DNA of 64,000 nucleotides, taken from positions 96,001 through 160,000 of the forward strand of contig CAXXHA010000010.1 of NCBI GenBank assembly GCA_963662265.2. Reading direction: 5' to 3'. Source of the stretch: Spirochaetia bacterium (GTDB lineage: Bacteria; Spirochaetota; Spirochaetia; CADAEX01). Shown here in pieces: positions 8,530-18,640 of this stretch. A program made the position numbers and the translations under genes. The number at the start of each line of letters is the position of its first letter. Position 1 is the stretch's first letter. The notes beneath the pieces are model-generated. The model had not been told where the DNA came from and did not search any database. It worked only from the letters and a program-made list of their open reading frames with translations.

Positions 8530-10971
8530 TTAGTCCTGTTTTTTCAGAAAATCAAGCAGAATATTAAATTCTGACTCAACTACCGGGATAAGGCTTCCTG
8601 ATTCTTCTTTGTTTTTTTCTTTTGCACTTTTTTCAAGCAAGGCTGCTGCATCTCCAAGACGTTCCATAGAAAGGTTGAGCCCGCCCCCCTTGATGGAATG
8701 GGCTTCCCTGGTAAGATCCTCATATTTTTCCGATTCGAGAAGCTCCTTCATTATTGCAAGCTGCCCGGTTACCCTGTCCCTGAATTCTGCAAGAACCTCA
8801 TCAAGGACCTCTTTTTCTCCCATGAAAGTTTCAAGCGCTGCATTGTAATCAAAGACAACCCTGCCTGTGTCAGCGGCAATCTCATCAGTTTCCTCAGAAA
8901 TACCAAGATCAGATATTTTCGGATCATCAACTATAATCTCATCAAGCTCTTCAGAATCATCTGCAATTTCAAGTTCTTCGAGCTCTGCAACTTCTTCATC
9001 TCTGAGAAGCCACTTGTTTATTACAGGGAAGAGATCTCCCTTCTTAAACGGCTTGGTCAGGAAATCATCCATCCCGGCATCTATACACTTGTTTTTTTCA
9101 CCGGCAACAGCATTGGCTGTCACCGCAATTACAGGAGTCTTCACCCCTTTTTCCCTGATTTTCTCAGTTGCCTGAAAACCGTTCATCACAGGCATCTGTA
9201 TATCCATGAATATCAGGTCAAAATCATCTGAATCAACAGCATCGGAGGCTTCCTTCCCGTTGTTGGCAACTACAACATCGATATTCAGGTTATTGAGAAT
9301 CGTCTTGAAAAGCTTCTGATTGACATAATAATCTTCCGCCAGGAGAACTTTTTTCCTGTTTGAAGCAAGGAGTTCACTTATAATTTTCTGTTCAGCCTCG
9401 GTATCATCACTCTGGGGAGTATCAAGATCAACCACAATGTCGAGTGCCTTGAAAATAGCCTTGTAAAGCTCCCACTTTTTAACCGGCTTGTTAAGATACT
9501 CATTGAACCAGTTCAGAAGCTTCATTTTAGCCTCATCGCCGCTCTTTCCCACAGGAGTCATCAGTATTTTATTAATATCACTGAAATTTTCATCAGCATT
9601 AAGCTCTCCTGCAAGCTGCCATCCGTCCATTCCAGGCATTTTTTTGTCAATTATTATAAGGTCAATTTTTTCATAGGTTTTATTCTCTTTCATTTTAAGA
9701 AAATCAAGAGCTGCCCGGCCTGAGACTGCTTCATATACTGTCGCACCAAGTTCCTCAACATATTTCCTTATCTGCTTCCTGCTCCTTGTATTGTCATCAA
9801 CAATAAGAACTTCAAAATTATCAGGGAGCTTGTCAGGGGGAAAATACTTCTTAGTAGTACTCTCAACCTCTTTTACCGGAAAGGCAAACCAGAAAACAGA
9901 ACCCTTACCCTCAATACTGTCTACACCTATCTTACCTTTGAAGAGGTGGACAAGATTCTTGCATATTGAAAGCCCGAGGCCTGTTCCTCCGTATTTCCTG
10001 GTTACAGATGAATCAACCTGGGAGAAAGACCTGAAAAGCTTGTCCTTCCTGTCTTCAGGTATACCTATTCCTGTATCACGAATGGAAAACTGCAGAACAG
10101 CACGGCCTGATACCCTTTTTGCAACAGAGCAGCTTATAGCGATTTCCCCTTTTGAAGTAAATTTAATCGCATTGTTAAGGAGATTTATTATTATCTGCCT
10201 CAGCCTTACAGGGTCTCCTGTTACTATTTCAGGGACATCAGGTGCAATGGATAATATAACTTCAAGATCCTTTTTATGGGCTTCCATAGATATCAGTGAT
10301 ACTGCCGCTTCAAGAGTTTCATAAAGATCAAATGCAATTTTTTCAACAACAAGCTTGCCTGCTTCAATCTTTGAAAAATCGAGAATATCATTTATCAGAT
10401 TAAGAAGCACCTCGGCTGAAAAGAAAATCTGCTGACCGTATTCCTCCTGCTCGACATCAAGAGCTGTCTCGAGGAGAAGTTCTGTCATACCCATGATTGT
10501 ATGGAGCGGAGTCCTTATCTCATGGCTCATGTTTGCAAGAAATTCAGATTTTGTTTTTGTAGCCTGTTCTGCAAGCTGTTTTGCCGCTTCAAGCTTGCCG
10601 TGGTCCTCTTTCAGTTCAGTAATATCTTCGAAATAAGCTATGAAAAGCTTTTTCCCTTCATATTCAGAACCTGATGAGAGCCTTATCTTGACCCATTTTT
10701 CAACAGGTCCGGAAGAACTGTACAGATATTCGAATTTGCTCTTAAACAGAGAATCATTTTTTACTTTTTCGAATTCAGCAGAAAAGGCCTGGTAAAATTC
10801 CTTCTGAAAACATCCGGATACAGAAGAACCTGAAAGATCCTCTGTATCACAGAAAATATAATTAAGCAGAGATTTATTATGGACAATAATTTTCTCTTCT
10901 TCATCAAAAATAATAATTCCGTAGCTGGAATTTAGAAAAAAATCAAAAAGACTTTTATCAAGCGCTTTCAT
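8530..10971 (-). CDS. Cytoplasmic hybrid histidine kinase (PAS-HisKA-HATPase-REC-REC-Hpt)
   Basis: FLANMSHEIRTP, NLLNNAIKFT, DTGIGI, GGTGLGL, two REC domains (IIDKKMP, FMDIQMP), Hpt AHSIKG; no TM segment. Confidence 0.95.
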   Translation of the reverse strand: MKALDKSLFDFFLNSSYGIIIFDEEEKIIVHNKSLLNYIFCDTEDLSGSSVSGCFQKEFYQAFSAEFEKVKNDSLFKSKFEYLYSSSGPVEKWVKIRLSSGSEYEGKKLFIAYFEDITELKEDHGKLEAAKQLAEQATKTKSEFLANMSHEIRTPLHTIMGMTELLLETALDVEQEEYGQQIFFSAEVLLNLINDILDFSKIEAGKLVVEKIAFDLYETLEAAVSLISMEAHKKDLEVILSIAPDVPEIVTGDPVRLRQIIINLLNNAIKFTSKGEIAISCSVAKRVSGRAVLQFSIRDTGIGIPEDRKDKLFRSFSQVDSSVTRKYGGTGLGLSICKNLVHLFKGKIGVDSIEGKGSVFWFAFPVKEVESTTKKYFPPDKLPDNFEVLIVDDNTRSRKQIRKYVEELGATVYEAVSGRAALDFLKMKENKTYEKIDLIIIDKKMPGMDGWQLAGELNADENFSDINKILMTPVGKSGDEAKMKLLNWFNEYLNKPVKKWELYKAIFKALDIVVDLDTPQSDDTEAEQKIISELLASNRKKVLLAEDYYVNQKLFKTILNNLNIDVVVANNGKEASDAVDSDDFDLIFMDIQMPVMNGFQATEKIREKGVKTPVIAVTANAVAGEKNKCIDAGMDDFLTKPFKKGDLFPVINKWLLRDEEVAELEELEIADDSEELDEIIVDDPKISDLGISEETDEIAADTGRVVFDYNAALETFMGEKEVLDEVLAEFRDRVTGQLAIMKELLESEKYEDLTREAHSIKGGGLNLSMERLGDAAALLEKSAKEKNKEESGSLIPVVESEFNILLDFLKKQD

Positions 10972-10991
10972 CTAACCTGCCTTAATAATGA

Positions 10992-12239
10992 TTAAATACC
11001 AAGACTCAGTACTTCTGCTGTTTTTCTCTGGATTGCATCCGGTTTAAGAGGTTTTATCATATAGCTTTTTACACCCAGGTTTACAGCTTTGAGAACTGTC
11101 TCCTTTCTTGAAAGTGCGGACAGAACAATTACAGGATTTACTATATTATTTTCCCTCAGATAATTAAGCACAGTAAAACCATCCATTTCCGGCATCATAA
11201 GATCGAGAAATACAAGGTCATATTTATTGTCAGCAACTGTATCGACAAATTCTTTCCCGTTTTCAAAAAGAGATATATCCCATTTCAGGTTCCTGAAAAC
11301 TGTCTTGACCAGCTGCCTGATAACAAGGTCATCATCAACAATTGCAATACGGATATCATCTCCGAATGTCTCAAGCTCCATGAAAGTTTTTTCATTGTCA
11401 AACCGCATCTGAAAATTATCGCTGTCTGCACTGCCATGTTCATTGGCAAGAAGTGCTTCACCGACAATCTTGTCCTGCGCAAAACTGTCCCCCTTGATTC
11501 CTATCAGATCATCAAGCGCCTGGCTCAGATTTGCAGTCAGCCCGATTTTCCTGAATTCGGGAGTTGACTTTACATATTCCTTTACAACATCAGAATTTGT
11601 AAGGATCCTGATATGCTCCGGTTTATCTCGGCTTTTTTCCAGTATTGTATCAAGCAGTGCCCTGAGCTTGTAAATCTGCTTGTCATCAATATCAAGACCG
11701 CTCATCATCAGAAGGAATTTGGGAACTGCAGCCTGATAAAGCTTGATAAGCTCATCAATTTTATATCTCAGGAGTTCGATCTTTTCTGTATTAAGCCCTT
11801 TTGCAACTTCAAGAAACAGTATTTCATCATTGTAATGGGCCTCGATTATACATGGTGTGTCATCAACTTCTATTGTTACACCTGTCACTTCTGTTATCCC
11901 CTTGAAAAGTAGATCCATCTTCACAGGCTTGGGAAATATTTTTTTCACACCGAATTTTGCGAATTCAGCAATTTTTCTCTTATCTATTTTATTAGATATA
12001 AGGATAACATCTGTATCTTTGGTATTTGGATTTGAATGCTTCTCTGTGAGTATCTCCTGGCAGCTCTTTCTTGAAAGCAGGTGGTCCATGATTATAAGGT
12101 CAGGAAGAACTTTCCTGAGCTTGAGAGACCCGTCAAGACCGTTAACCCCATATTCGACTTCAAAATTATGTTCAGTAAATTTTTTCCCGAGATACTCCCT
12201 GAACATCTCGGATTCATCAATTATCAGTACTTTTTTCAA
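10992..12239 (-). CDS. Response regulator with two REC domains flanking a STAS-like domain; no DNA-binding output
   Basis: Probable TTG start at 12239 after GGAGG; REC1 LIIDES/IMDHLL/KP; REC2 IVDDD/FLDLMMP/KP. Confidence 0.88.
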   Translation of the reverse strand: MKKVLIIDESEMFREYLGKKFTEHNFEVEYGVNGLDGSLKLRKVLPDLIIMDHLLSRKSCQEILTEKHSNPNTKDTDVILISNKIDKRKIAEFAKFGVKKIFPKPVKMDLLFKGITEVTGVTIEVDDTPCIIEAHYNDEILFLEVAKGLNTEKIELLRYKIDELIKLYQAAVPKFLLMMSGLDIDDKQIYKLRALLDTILEKSRDKPEHIRILTNSDVVKEYVKSTPEFRKIGLTANLSQALDDLIGIKGDSFAQDKIVGEALLANEHGSADSDNFQMRFDNEKTFMELETFGDDIRIAIVDDDLVIRQLVKTVFRNLKWDISLFENGKEFVDTVADNKYDLVFLDLMMPEMDGFTVLNYLRENNIVNPVIVLSALSRKETVLKAVNLGVKSYMIKPLKPDAIQRKTAEVLSLGI

Positions 12240-14379
12240 CTTTTTCCTCCGTCTCAATTTTAAATATGTCTGAAAGGACCTCCCTCGTAACTGCATAAAG
12301 AGGAGGAATTCCCTCTGAAAGCTCCATTTTCATAGACAGCTGATTTCCTTCCGCGGCAGGAAGATCAGACACATAATAATAAAAATTCATAGGTATCTTA
12401 TCAGGAATCAGACCATACTGCCGGGCTTCGACAATCTGGCGCAGATAAAAAACACCTTCCATCTCAAGACCAATGCTTCCCCACATATGCCTGTAAAATG
12501 AAAGCATCATCCTGTTCTGAAACAATGTCCCTGCAACTGTCAGCATGGGCCCCTTATATATTTTACGGCCGGGCAGTCTTTTTTGTAAATCATTTATTCT
12601 GTCAATCGCCCTGTTTTCCACCGGGAGGAATAAATCTTCAGACTGCTCCACAAACGCTGTGGGAAGAAGAATATCCCCCCTGCTTCCTACAAGGGAACCG
12701 GTTTTTCCCAGAATATTTATACTGCCGATATTTTTTCCGAAAAGGAGAAGCAGGTTCCGCATTATCTCCCCGGCCTGCTCGCCGAATGCATAGTCAATAT
12801 TAAGAATAATTGATTCTGAATCTGATGGGATCTGCCCCACTCCCGGATCAATTTTCTTGTCCTTGAGCTTTTTAAGGCTGAAAAGCTGAACCTTGATGCC
12901 TGTGGAGGCTGTCCTGTCCAGAGTAACTATCCCTTCAGGAAAATTTACTTTTGATTTTTTCTTGATATTTTTTTCAGGACTTCGTTCGCCTTTCCTGTCT
13001 GTATTATCATACTCATCTCCCACCTGCTCCGGCTGGTTCTCTTCTTCATCTTCCGGTTCATAATCCTTGAGAAGAGCATAAAGGGTATCAAACCTGTTGT
13101 CCCATTCCTCATTAAGCGCTGGATGCCCCGACTCTCTTCCCCATTCAATTATTGTATCAATGCTTTCAGAGAGATCAGGATTCAGGCAGTTAAGCACAGA
13201 ATGTGTATTGCTGCTGATAATATGGATCTTTATATTTTCCGGAAGTTCGGTGGGATTGAACCCTGTCAGTTTTCTTGCAGCATCACCGATCTGGGAAAGC
13301 CACATTTCAGAACGCCTGGTATTATAGAGATCCACCTGTTTTTTAATTATCAGGCTGAATATTCCGCTGTGTGTCAGGACTTTGAAAACCTGTTCCAGTG
13401 TATCGTCCGGCCATATTATTTTAAGCCCCTCAACTTCATCATTATTAAAGGGAAGATAATTATAAAGCTTTTTCTCCTCTTTAGGCGATTTATTATCTGA
13501 GTTGAGATACTTCTTAAGCATGAGTATAAGCTTGTAGTCAGACAGCCTTCTTCTGATCTTTTCCGATTCAACAGTAAAGACACATAGACAGGTTATAAGG
13601 TCGAGAATATCTGATATACCGGGCCTGTAAAGCATCATTGTCTGGCCGGGAAGCATTTTCCATCCCCGCCTTCTCCGTGCCTGGGCAGGAACAGGGCTGA
13701 AAAGCTTCCATGGTTCGGAATAGTGCTCGTAAAGCTCATCTATGAGAATATATATGAAGTTTTCCGTTACATTGCAGGGAAGCCGTTTTACAGCATAGTC
13801 AAGGGCCTGAAAATCAATTACTTCAGTATCAAGCACTTTTGAATGAAGAGCAGGCTCCATTGCCTTGTAAAAAGGGATCAGGTCCTGAATTTCAATATGC
13901 TCTCTTGTAAGCCCCTGCACAACTTCAGCCTTGAACCTGTCAAAAGCTGCAAAAATCCCCTGCTTGTCTCTCAGGATGTTGCTCATTGTTTTTGAGAACT
14001 GCTTTGATGTGTGAAGAAGGTTTCTGAATTTCTTTCCCGACAGGCTGTAGCACTTTATGTCTGAAAGAGCCCTGACTGTCGAGAGACGCTTCTGATTGAA
14101 AATAGCAGACCGTTCACCGAAATAGTGCCCCCCTGTTATTACATTAATCCTGTTTTCTGTACCATCCTCTTTCTCATCTACAGTTTCGACAACACCTCTG
14201 CTGAGAATATAGACAACATCATCAGAATCCCCTTTCCGGTAAATTATATCGCCTTTGTGATATTTATTTTCCTTCAGTTCTGATACCAGTCTGTCTTTTT
14301 CCCTTGCAGAAAGAAACCTGAAAGGCATTATCCTGTCAAGGAGATTAAACAATATGGTTCTGTCTTCAATTTTATTCAA
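12217..14379 (-). CDS. Cyclic-nucleotide-binding domain fused to a DUF6909-like / AMP nucleosidase-PNP-fold domain
   Basis: N-term GDIIYRKGD...YILSRG...YFGERSAI...RLSTVRA (cNMP cassette); C-term IISSNTHSVLN, GKTGSL..GDILLP, GPMLTV, GLEMEG, YVSDLP. Confidence 0.8.
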   Translation of the reverse strand: MNKIEDRTILFNLLDRIMPFRFLSAREKDRLVSELKENKYHKGDIIYRKGDSDDVVYILSRGVVETVDEKEDGTENRINVITGGHYFGERSAIFNQKRLSTVRALSDIKCYSLSGKKFRNLLHTSKQFSKTMSNILRDKQGIFAAFDRFKAEVVQGLTREHIEIQDLIPFYKAMEPALHSKVLDTEVIDFQALDYAVKRLPCNVTENFIYILIDELYEHYSEPWKLFSPVPAQARRRRGWKMLPGQTMMLYRPGISDILDLITCLCVFTVESEKIRRRLSDYKLILMLKKYLNSDNKSPKEEKKLYNYLPFNNDEVEGLKIIWPDDTLEQVFKVLTHSGIFSLIIKKQVDLYNTRRSEMWLSQIGDAARKLTGFNPTELPENIKIHIISSNTHSVLNCLNPDLSESIDTIIEWGRESGHPALNEEWDNRFDTLYALLKDYEPEDEEENQPEQVGDEYDNTDRKGERSPEKNIKKKSKVNFPEGIVTLDRTASTGIKVQLFSLKKLKDKKIDPGVGQIPSDSESIILNIDYAFGEQAGEIMRNLLLLFGKNIGSINILGKTGSLVGSRGDILLPTAFVEQSEDLFLPVENRAIDRINDLQKRLPGRKIYKGPMLTVAGTLFQNRMMLSFYRHMWGSIGLEMEGVFYLRQIVEARQYGLIPDKIPMNFYYYVSDLPAAEGNQLSMKMELSEGIPPLYAVTREVLSDIFKIETEEKVEKSTDN

Positions 14380-14468
14380 TTCTGTTTTTCCTGGTTTTAA
14401 TTATACTACAGAAATATAATATCCTGTAATCAGGCAGAGACTGAAAAACAGCCTCTGCATTTTTTTAT

Positions 14469-14957
14469 CTAGAATTTATAGCTGAATTTTCTCAAGAGAG
14501 ATTTTCTGTCTTCCTTGTCCTTGTCAGTTTCAATACCTTTTGGAGAAAATCCGTCTATAACACCTGCAACGCCTCTTCCCTGCTCCGATTCAGCAATAAT
14601 TGCCTGAAGAGGATTGGCTGTTGCGGCAAATATTCCCACTATTTCCTGGCAGTTCTGAATCTGCGTCAGAACATTTATTGGAAATGCATTTCTAATATAC
14701 AGAATAAATGTATGGCCGGCAGCAACTTTTTCCGCATTGCCGGCAGCTGCCTTGACAAGCTCATCAGAATTCCCCTCAGTTCTTATCAGGCAGGGACCTG
14801 ATGCTTCACAGAAAGCAAGTCCGAATTCAATTCCCGGAACTGAACCGATAAGAATTTCAGAGACATCTTCGACTGTCTTGATAAAATGAGACTGTCCGAA
14901 TATAACATTACAGTTTTCCGGAATATCAATCTGTACTGTACTTAATTTTAAATCCAT
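14469..14957 (-). CDS. Adenosine-specific kinase family protein (DUF355, PAE2307-like)
   Basis: [51 protein letters not shown] motifs. Confidence 0.9.
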   Translation of the reverse strand: MDLKLSTVQIDIPENCNVIFGQSHFIKTVEDVSEILIGSVPGIEFGLAFCEASGPCLIRTEGNSDELVKAAAGNAEKVAAGHTFILYIRNAFPINVLTQIQNCQEIVGIFAATANPLQAIIAESEQGRGVAGVIDGFSPKGIETDKDKEDRKSLLRKFSYKF

Positions 14958-15325
14958 AAATTATTCTCCGTTTTTTTTACTATACTCCCCTTATACAACG
15001 GGGTAAATGTTTTTTTTCGCATCTCCGCATGTCGTGTTTTATATGCAGGGTAAAAAGCTGCTGCTGCACCGGAATTAACCGGAACCAGCTTCTGAAGCAA
15101 AGACTGGATATTCCTGTCCTCTTGTTTTCAGGAATACTGATCCTTCAGAGAACACGGTATACTCTGAGGAGCTGCTCTTTAATCAACAATCCCTTTGTCA
15201 CCGGTTCCGGCGGGTACTGTTTTTTTGCAGGCAGCGGGGGATCAGACCCGGCCTGCGAATAAAAGCTCTCTAATCTGAATAATTCCGCCATATCGAGGCT
15301 GCAAATCAGCCGAACAGGGTAATGC

Positions 15326-15377
15326 AAAAAAACTCCCCGGATATAGCTGTCAGGCCTTGCATCAGGGGAGTTTTTTT
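15326..15377. terminator. Bidirectional terminator downstream of pheT
   Basis: A7-CTCCCC...GGGGAG-T7 inverted repeat. Confidence 0.8.
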
Positions 15378-15405
15378 ACTGATATTATTACTGCATGTAA
15401 ACTGT

Positions 15406-17094
15406 TTACATAATCAGGTCAAGATTAACTTCTGATGCAGTACATGGAACACCAATACCCCAGTTTTCAAGCACTGCAGGATGAACCTCGCCCATAATAC
15501 CTACAACTTTGCCGTCTGACACTATGTTTGCACATCTTCCCGGTATAAACCTGGGGTCTTCAGCCTCTTCCAGCTTGTAATCTTTGGAAAGATAGAAAAA
15601 GAGAGCTGAAACCTGTGAACTTACACTGTTGAAGTTGGCACTTCTGTCGGCAGAGAGAAATCCGAGTGAGTTTATTGTACTCACACCGTAGTTTTCCTCA
15701 TCGTTGATAAGAGCAATCTTTCCGGTTTCAAAAATATTGTGAGGATACACAGCATTACCGGAAACAGACTCGGAATTGAGAAGGCACGGTATTACAGAAG
15801 GTCTCACATATTCAAAATTCTCACTCATCGGGTTTGAAATCTGAACAGTATCCTTCCCTTCAATATTCATCTTTGCAATATAGTCCTTACCTGATCCGAG
15901 GTAGTTGTAGACCATTTCCTGGAATCCCAGGCCAACAAGAATATTCTTTACTTCCCTTGCAAAAAGAGATTCAGGAGTAAGAGCACCCTTTGTAAAATCG
16001 TCAGGCATTATCTGGTTGAAGTTAGCCATACCCTTGCCGATCATGATGTCTTCAATAATATCCACAGGGTGGAGAAAGTCGTTTCTGTATTCTGCAGGGT
16101 AGAGCTTAAGAATATCTCCCTTTACTTCTATCTTGCATCCCAGCTTTTCACCGAGATCAGCTGCCTGCCGGGGAGTGAAATTCTCACCGAGGAGCTTGTT
16201 GACATATGCTATTTCAACTTCAACCGGCTCCTGGAAATAGAAAGGTACAGTTACCTCTTTTCCGAGAGGAGTGTCATAGGGATAGACTGTTTTTACAGGG
16301 AGTATTTCATATCCTGCATCTGCAAGGTCGCATGCAACAATTGATGCTGCAAGCACGAGAGAATACTGCTCTGTTCCTGTCATCTCAATGAAAAGCTCTT
16401 TATCTCCGACTTCTACAGCTCCGAGATCGTTGCTGTTGATAATTGGAGGAAAGCTTAATGTGGCACCTTCTGATCCTGTTATATGGGGATATTTTTCAAA
16501 ACCTTCAACAATATGTCCATATTCCTGCCCCTTTGGATGATCTTTAAGAATTTCCTTCAATGACATTTCCCTGTCAAATGTAAGGGGAACAAATTTAGTC
16601 GCATCAGGATCAGCTGCATTGTATTTTACAGGGTATGAGAAGAGGTCACTTCTATAGACACCCATTGCAATTGCTTTTCTCTTCTGGCCGAAGTTCCAGC
16701 AGAGCTTCTCCTGTGTCTGTATAATATCCTTGAGTGAGGAATCATCAATCCCTTTCCCCCGGATCGCAAACGCGGCAATATAGGGTCTTATGTTTTCAAG
16801 ACCGGGATCAACTTCAATTGTTCTGCCGCCGCAGTCTTTCACATCACCTTCTTTTGAGAAGAAAGGATATTCAGGTCTCATCCCCCCGAGGTAAACTCTG
16901 AGCTGACGTCCGAGTCCTGCTGTAGACCAGAGGTCAGGCCTGTTTGTATCGTTAAGCTCGATTTTAAGGATATCATCATCCTTTCCATCAAGCTCTGCTT
17001 TTGCAGATGAAAGTAGTGTTATGAAGTCATCACCTTCCACCTTTTTTCCCATATATCTGTAAAGAGTATCTTCATATACTTCAATTTTAGGCAT
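15406..17094 (-). CDS. pheT: Phenylalanine-tRNA ligase beta subunit, archaeal/eukaryotic type (short)
   Basis: 562 aa; NRPDLWS, B3/B4 IRPYIAA/QEKL/FPPIINS, B5 YRNDFLHPVDIIEDI; lacks bacterial B2 and B8 domains. Confidence 0.95.
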   Translation of the reverse strand: MPKIEVYEDTLYRYMGKKVEGDDFITLLSSAKAELDGKDDDILKIELNDTNRPDLWSTAGLGRQLRVYLGGMRPEYPFFSKEGDVKDCGGRTIEVDPGLENIRPYIAAFAIRGKGIDDSSLKDIIQTQEKLCWNFGQKRKAIAMGVYRSDLFSYPVKYNAADPDATKFVPLTFDREMSLKEILKDHPKGQEYGHIVEGFEKYPHITGSEGATLSFPPIINSNDLGAVEVGDKELFIEMTGTEQYSLVLAASIVACDLADAGYEILPVKTVYPYDTPLGKEVTVPFYFQEPVEVEIAYVNKLLGENFTPRQAADLGEKLGCKIEVKGDILKLYPAEYRNDFLHPVDIIEDIMIGKGMANFNQIMPDDFTKGALTPESLFAREVKNILVGLGFQEMVYNYLGSGKDYIAKMNIEGKDTVQISNPMSENFEYVRPSVIPCLLNSESVSGNAVYPHNIFETGKIALINDEENYGVSTINSLGFLSADRSANFNSVSSQVSALFFYLSKDYKLEEAEDPRFIPGRCANIVSDGKVVGIMGEVHPAVLENWGIGVPCTASEVNLDLIM

Positions 17095-17095
17095 T

Positions 17096-18640
17096 CTATT
17101 TACTCCTTCTTAACCGGATGTGTTCAATATCGCTTGAAAAAAGCTCTCTAAGGTCATTGAGGCCCAGTGACATCAGGGCCATCCTGTCGATTCCGAGTCC
17201 CCATGCAAGAACAGGAACGCTTACACCCATTGCTTCTGTTACCTCGGGTCTGAAAATTCCAGCCCCGCCAAGCTCAAACCATCCCAGTACAGGATGCTTG
17301 ATATGAACCTCGACAGAAGGTTCTGTAAAAGGGAAGTAGCCGGGAACATACATGACTTCTGTAGCACCTGCAACTTCCTCTGCAAACATCTTGAGGAGTC
17401 CCAGAAGTGTCTGAAGGTTTACATCCTCGCCGAGAACTATACCTTCAGTCTGGTAGAAGTCTGAAAGGTGGGTCGCATCAACCTTGTCGTATCTGAAGCA
17501 TCTTGCTGTACCGAAGTATTTGCCCGGGATCTTTGCGTCTTTAAGCTGTTTTGCGGAAAGAACTGTTCCCTGGCTTCTCAGGATAAGTCTTTTTGTAAAA
17601 TCACGGTCAAAGTCGTAACCCCAGCCCCGGCTTCCAGTTTTCCAGCCGTTCTTGTGTGTTTCAGCAACCTGGTCAAGGTAGGGCTGCTCTATCTCTTTTG
17701 CACGGGTCGGAGATTTAACATGGTATACATCATGAATATCCCTTGCTGAGTGGAACTGAGGCATGAAAAGAGCATCGCAGTTCCAGAATTCTGTCTCTAC
17801 AAGAGGTCCGTCGAATTCCTCAAAACCGAGAGAAACAAGCTTGTCTTTTACACTGTCAAGAAAGAGTGAGTAGGGGTTGTGTCTTCCGAGGAGTACACGG
17901 GACGGAGGAGTGTTAACATTATAGCTTCTGAAAGACTTGTTTTTCCAGCTTCCGTCTGCAAGCATCTCAGGTGTGAGGGAACCTACTTCCTCGCCTGTAA
18001 CACCTTTCTCAACAAGTACTTTTGCCGCTTCCTTTCCTGCTGCAGTCACTTCATAGACAACATCTTCTCTCTCAACCATCTTGAAAGGGGAAGAGGATGC
18101 TCCCCTCTTCTTGCTGATTCCGCCTATTACTTTCTTTTCATCATCTGTAAGATCAGCTTCCGCTATTTCGCCGGATTCTGAAGAAACAGCCTTGTCAAGA
18201 ATAGATCTTACAGCTTTCATTGAAGGAGAAATTTCACCGCTCTTCATTGAAGCTTTCTTTTCACCATCCATTGCAAGGAGGCCTTCCTTAGACATTGATC
18301 CGAATGCTGTTCCTGTATCTTTGTTTTCAAGGCCGAGCTCTTTTGTAATTTCAGGAAGAGTCATTGCCCCTTTTTCCTTTATAAGTGCAAAGATTCTTTC
18401 CCTGTGAGTCCCGTTTTTCTGAAAGTCACGTCCAAAATCTGTAATTTCAAAAAATATTTTAAGAGTTCTGTTTTTTTCCTCAATAAGTTCTTTTGCAGCA
18501 AGCCAGCTGAATGCCTGGTTGCACTGTCCGAGTTTGAAGCCGAGTTCACTGATCAGCCTGTCTGATGTCAAAGCGCCTTCTCTGCAGTTAAGCAGAACCT
18601 TGACTTCCAGTGGATGCAGGTTTTTGATGTCCAGATCCAT
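17096..18640 (-). CDS. pheS: Phenylalanine-tRNA ligase alpha subunit, archaeal/eukaryotic type (long N-terminus)
   Basis: 514 aa; WNCDALFMPQFHSARD, FRYDKVDATH, YFPFTEPS, ELGGAGIFRPE, AWGLGIDR. Confidence 0.96.
   Translation of the reverse strand: MDLDIKNLHPLEVKVLLNCREGALTSDRLISELGFKLGQCNQAFSWLAAKELIEEKNRTLKIFFEITDFGRDFQKNGTHRERIFALIKEKGAMTLPEITKELGLENKDTGTAFGSMSKEGLLAMDGEKKASMKSGEISPSMKAVRSILDKAVSSESGEIAEADLTDDEKKVIGGISKKRGASSSPFKMVEREDVVYEVTAAGKEAAKVLVEKGVTGEEVGSLTPEMLADGSWKNKSFRSYNVNTPPSRVLLGRHNPYSLFLDSVKDKLVSLGFEEFDGPLVETEFWNCDALFMPQFHSARDIHDVYHVKSPTRAKEIEQPYLDQVAETHKNGWKTGSRGWGYDFDRDFTKRLILRSQGTVLSAKQLKDAKIPGKYFGTARCFRYDKVDATHLSDFYQTEGIVLGEDVNLQTLLGLLKMFAEEVAGATEVMYVPGYFPFTEPSVEVHIKHPVLGWFELGGAGIFRPEVTEAMGVSVPVLAWGLGIDRMALMSLGLNDLRELFSSDIEHIRLRRSK

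Noticed and set aside
5814-14379. A canonical Pycsar, CBASS or Detocs defence operon
   Set aside because: The cyclase is membrane/HAMP-type, in a separate operon split off by thrH; no CD-NTase, TIR or mobile context. Kept only as an analogy.
14434-14466. Terminator separating the adenosine-kinase gene from the cNMP gene
   Set aside because: The hairpin GCAGAG...CTCTGC exists but its T-tract is on the opposite strand, so it is not a canonical terminator for these minus-strand genes
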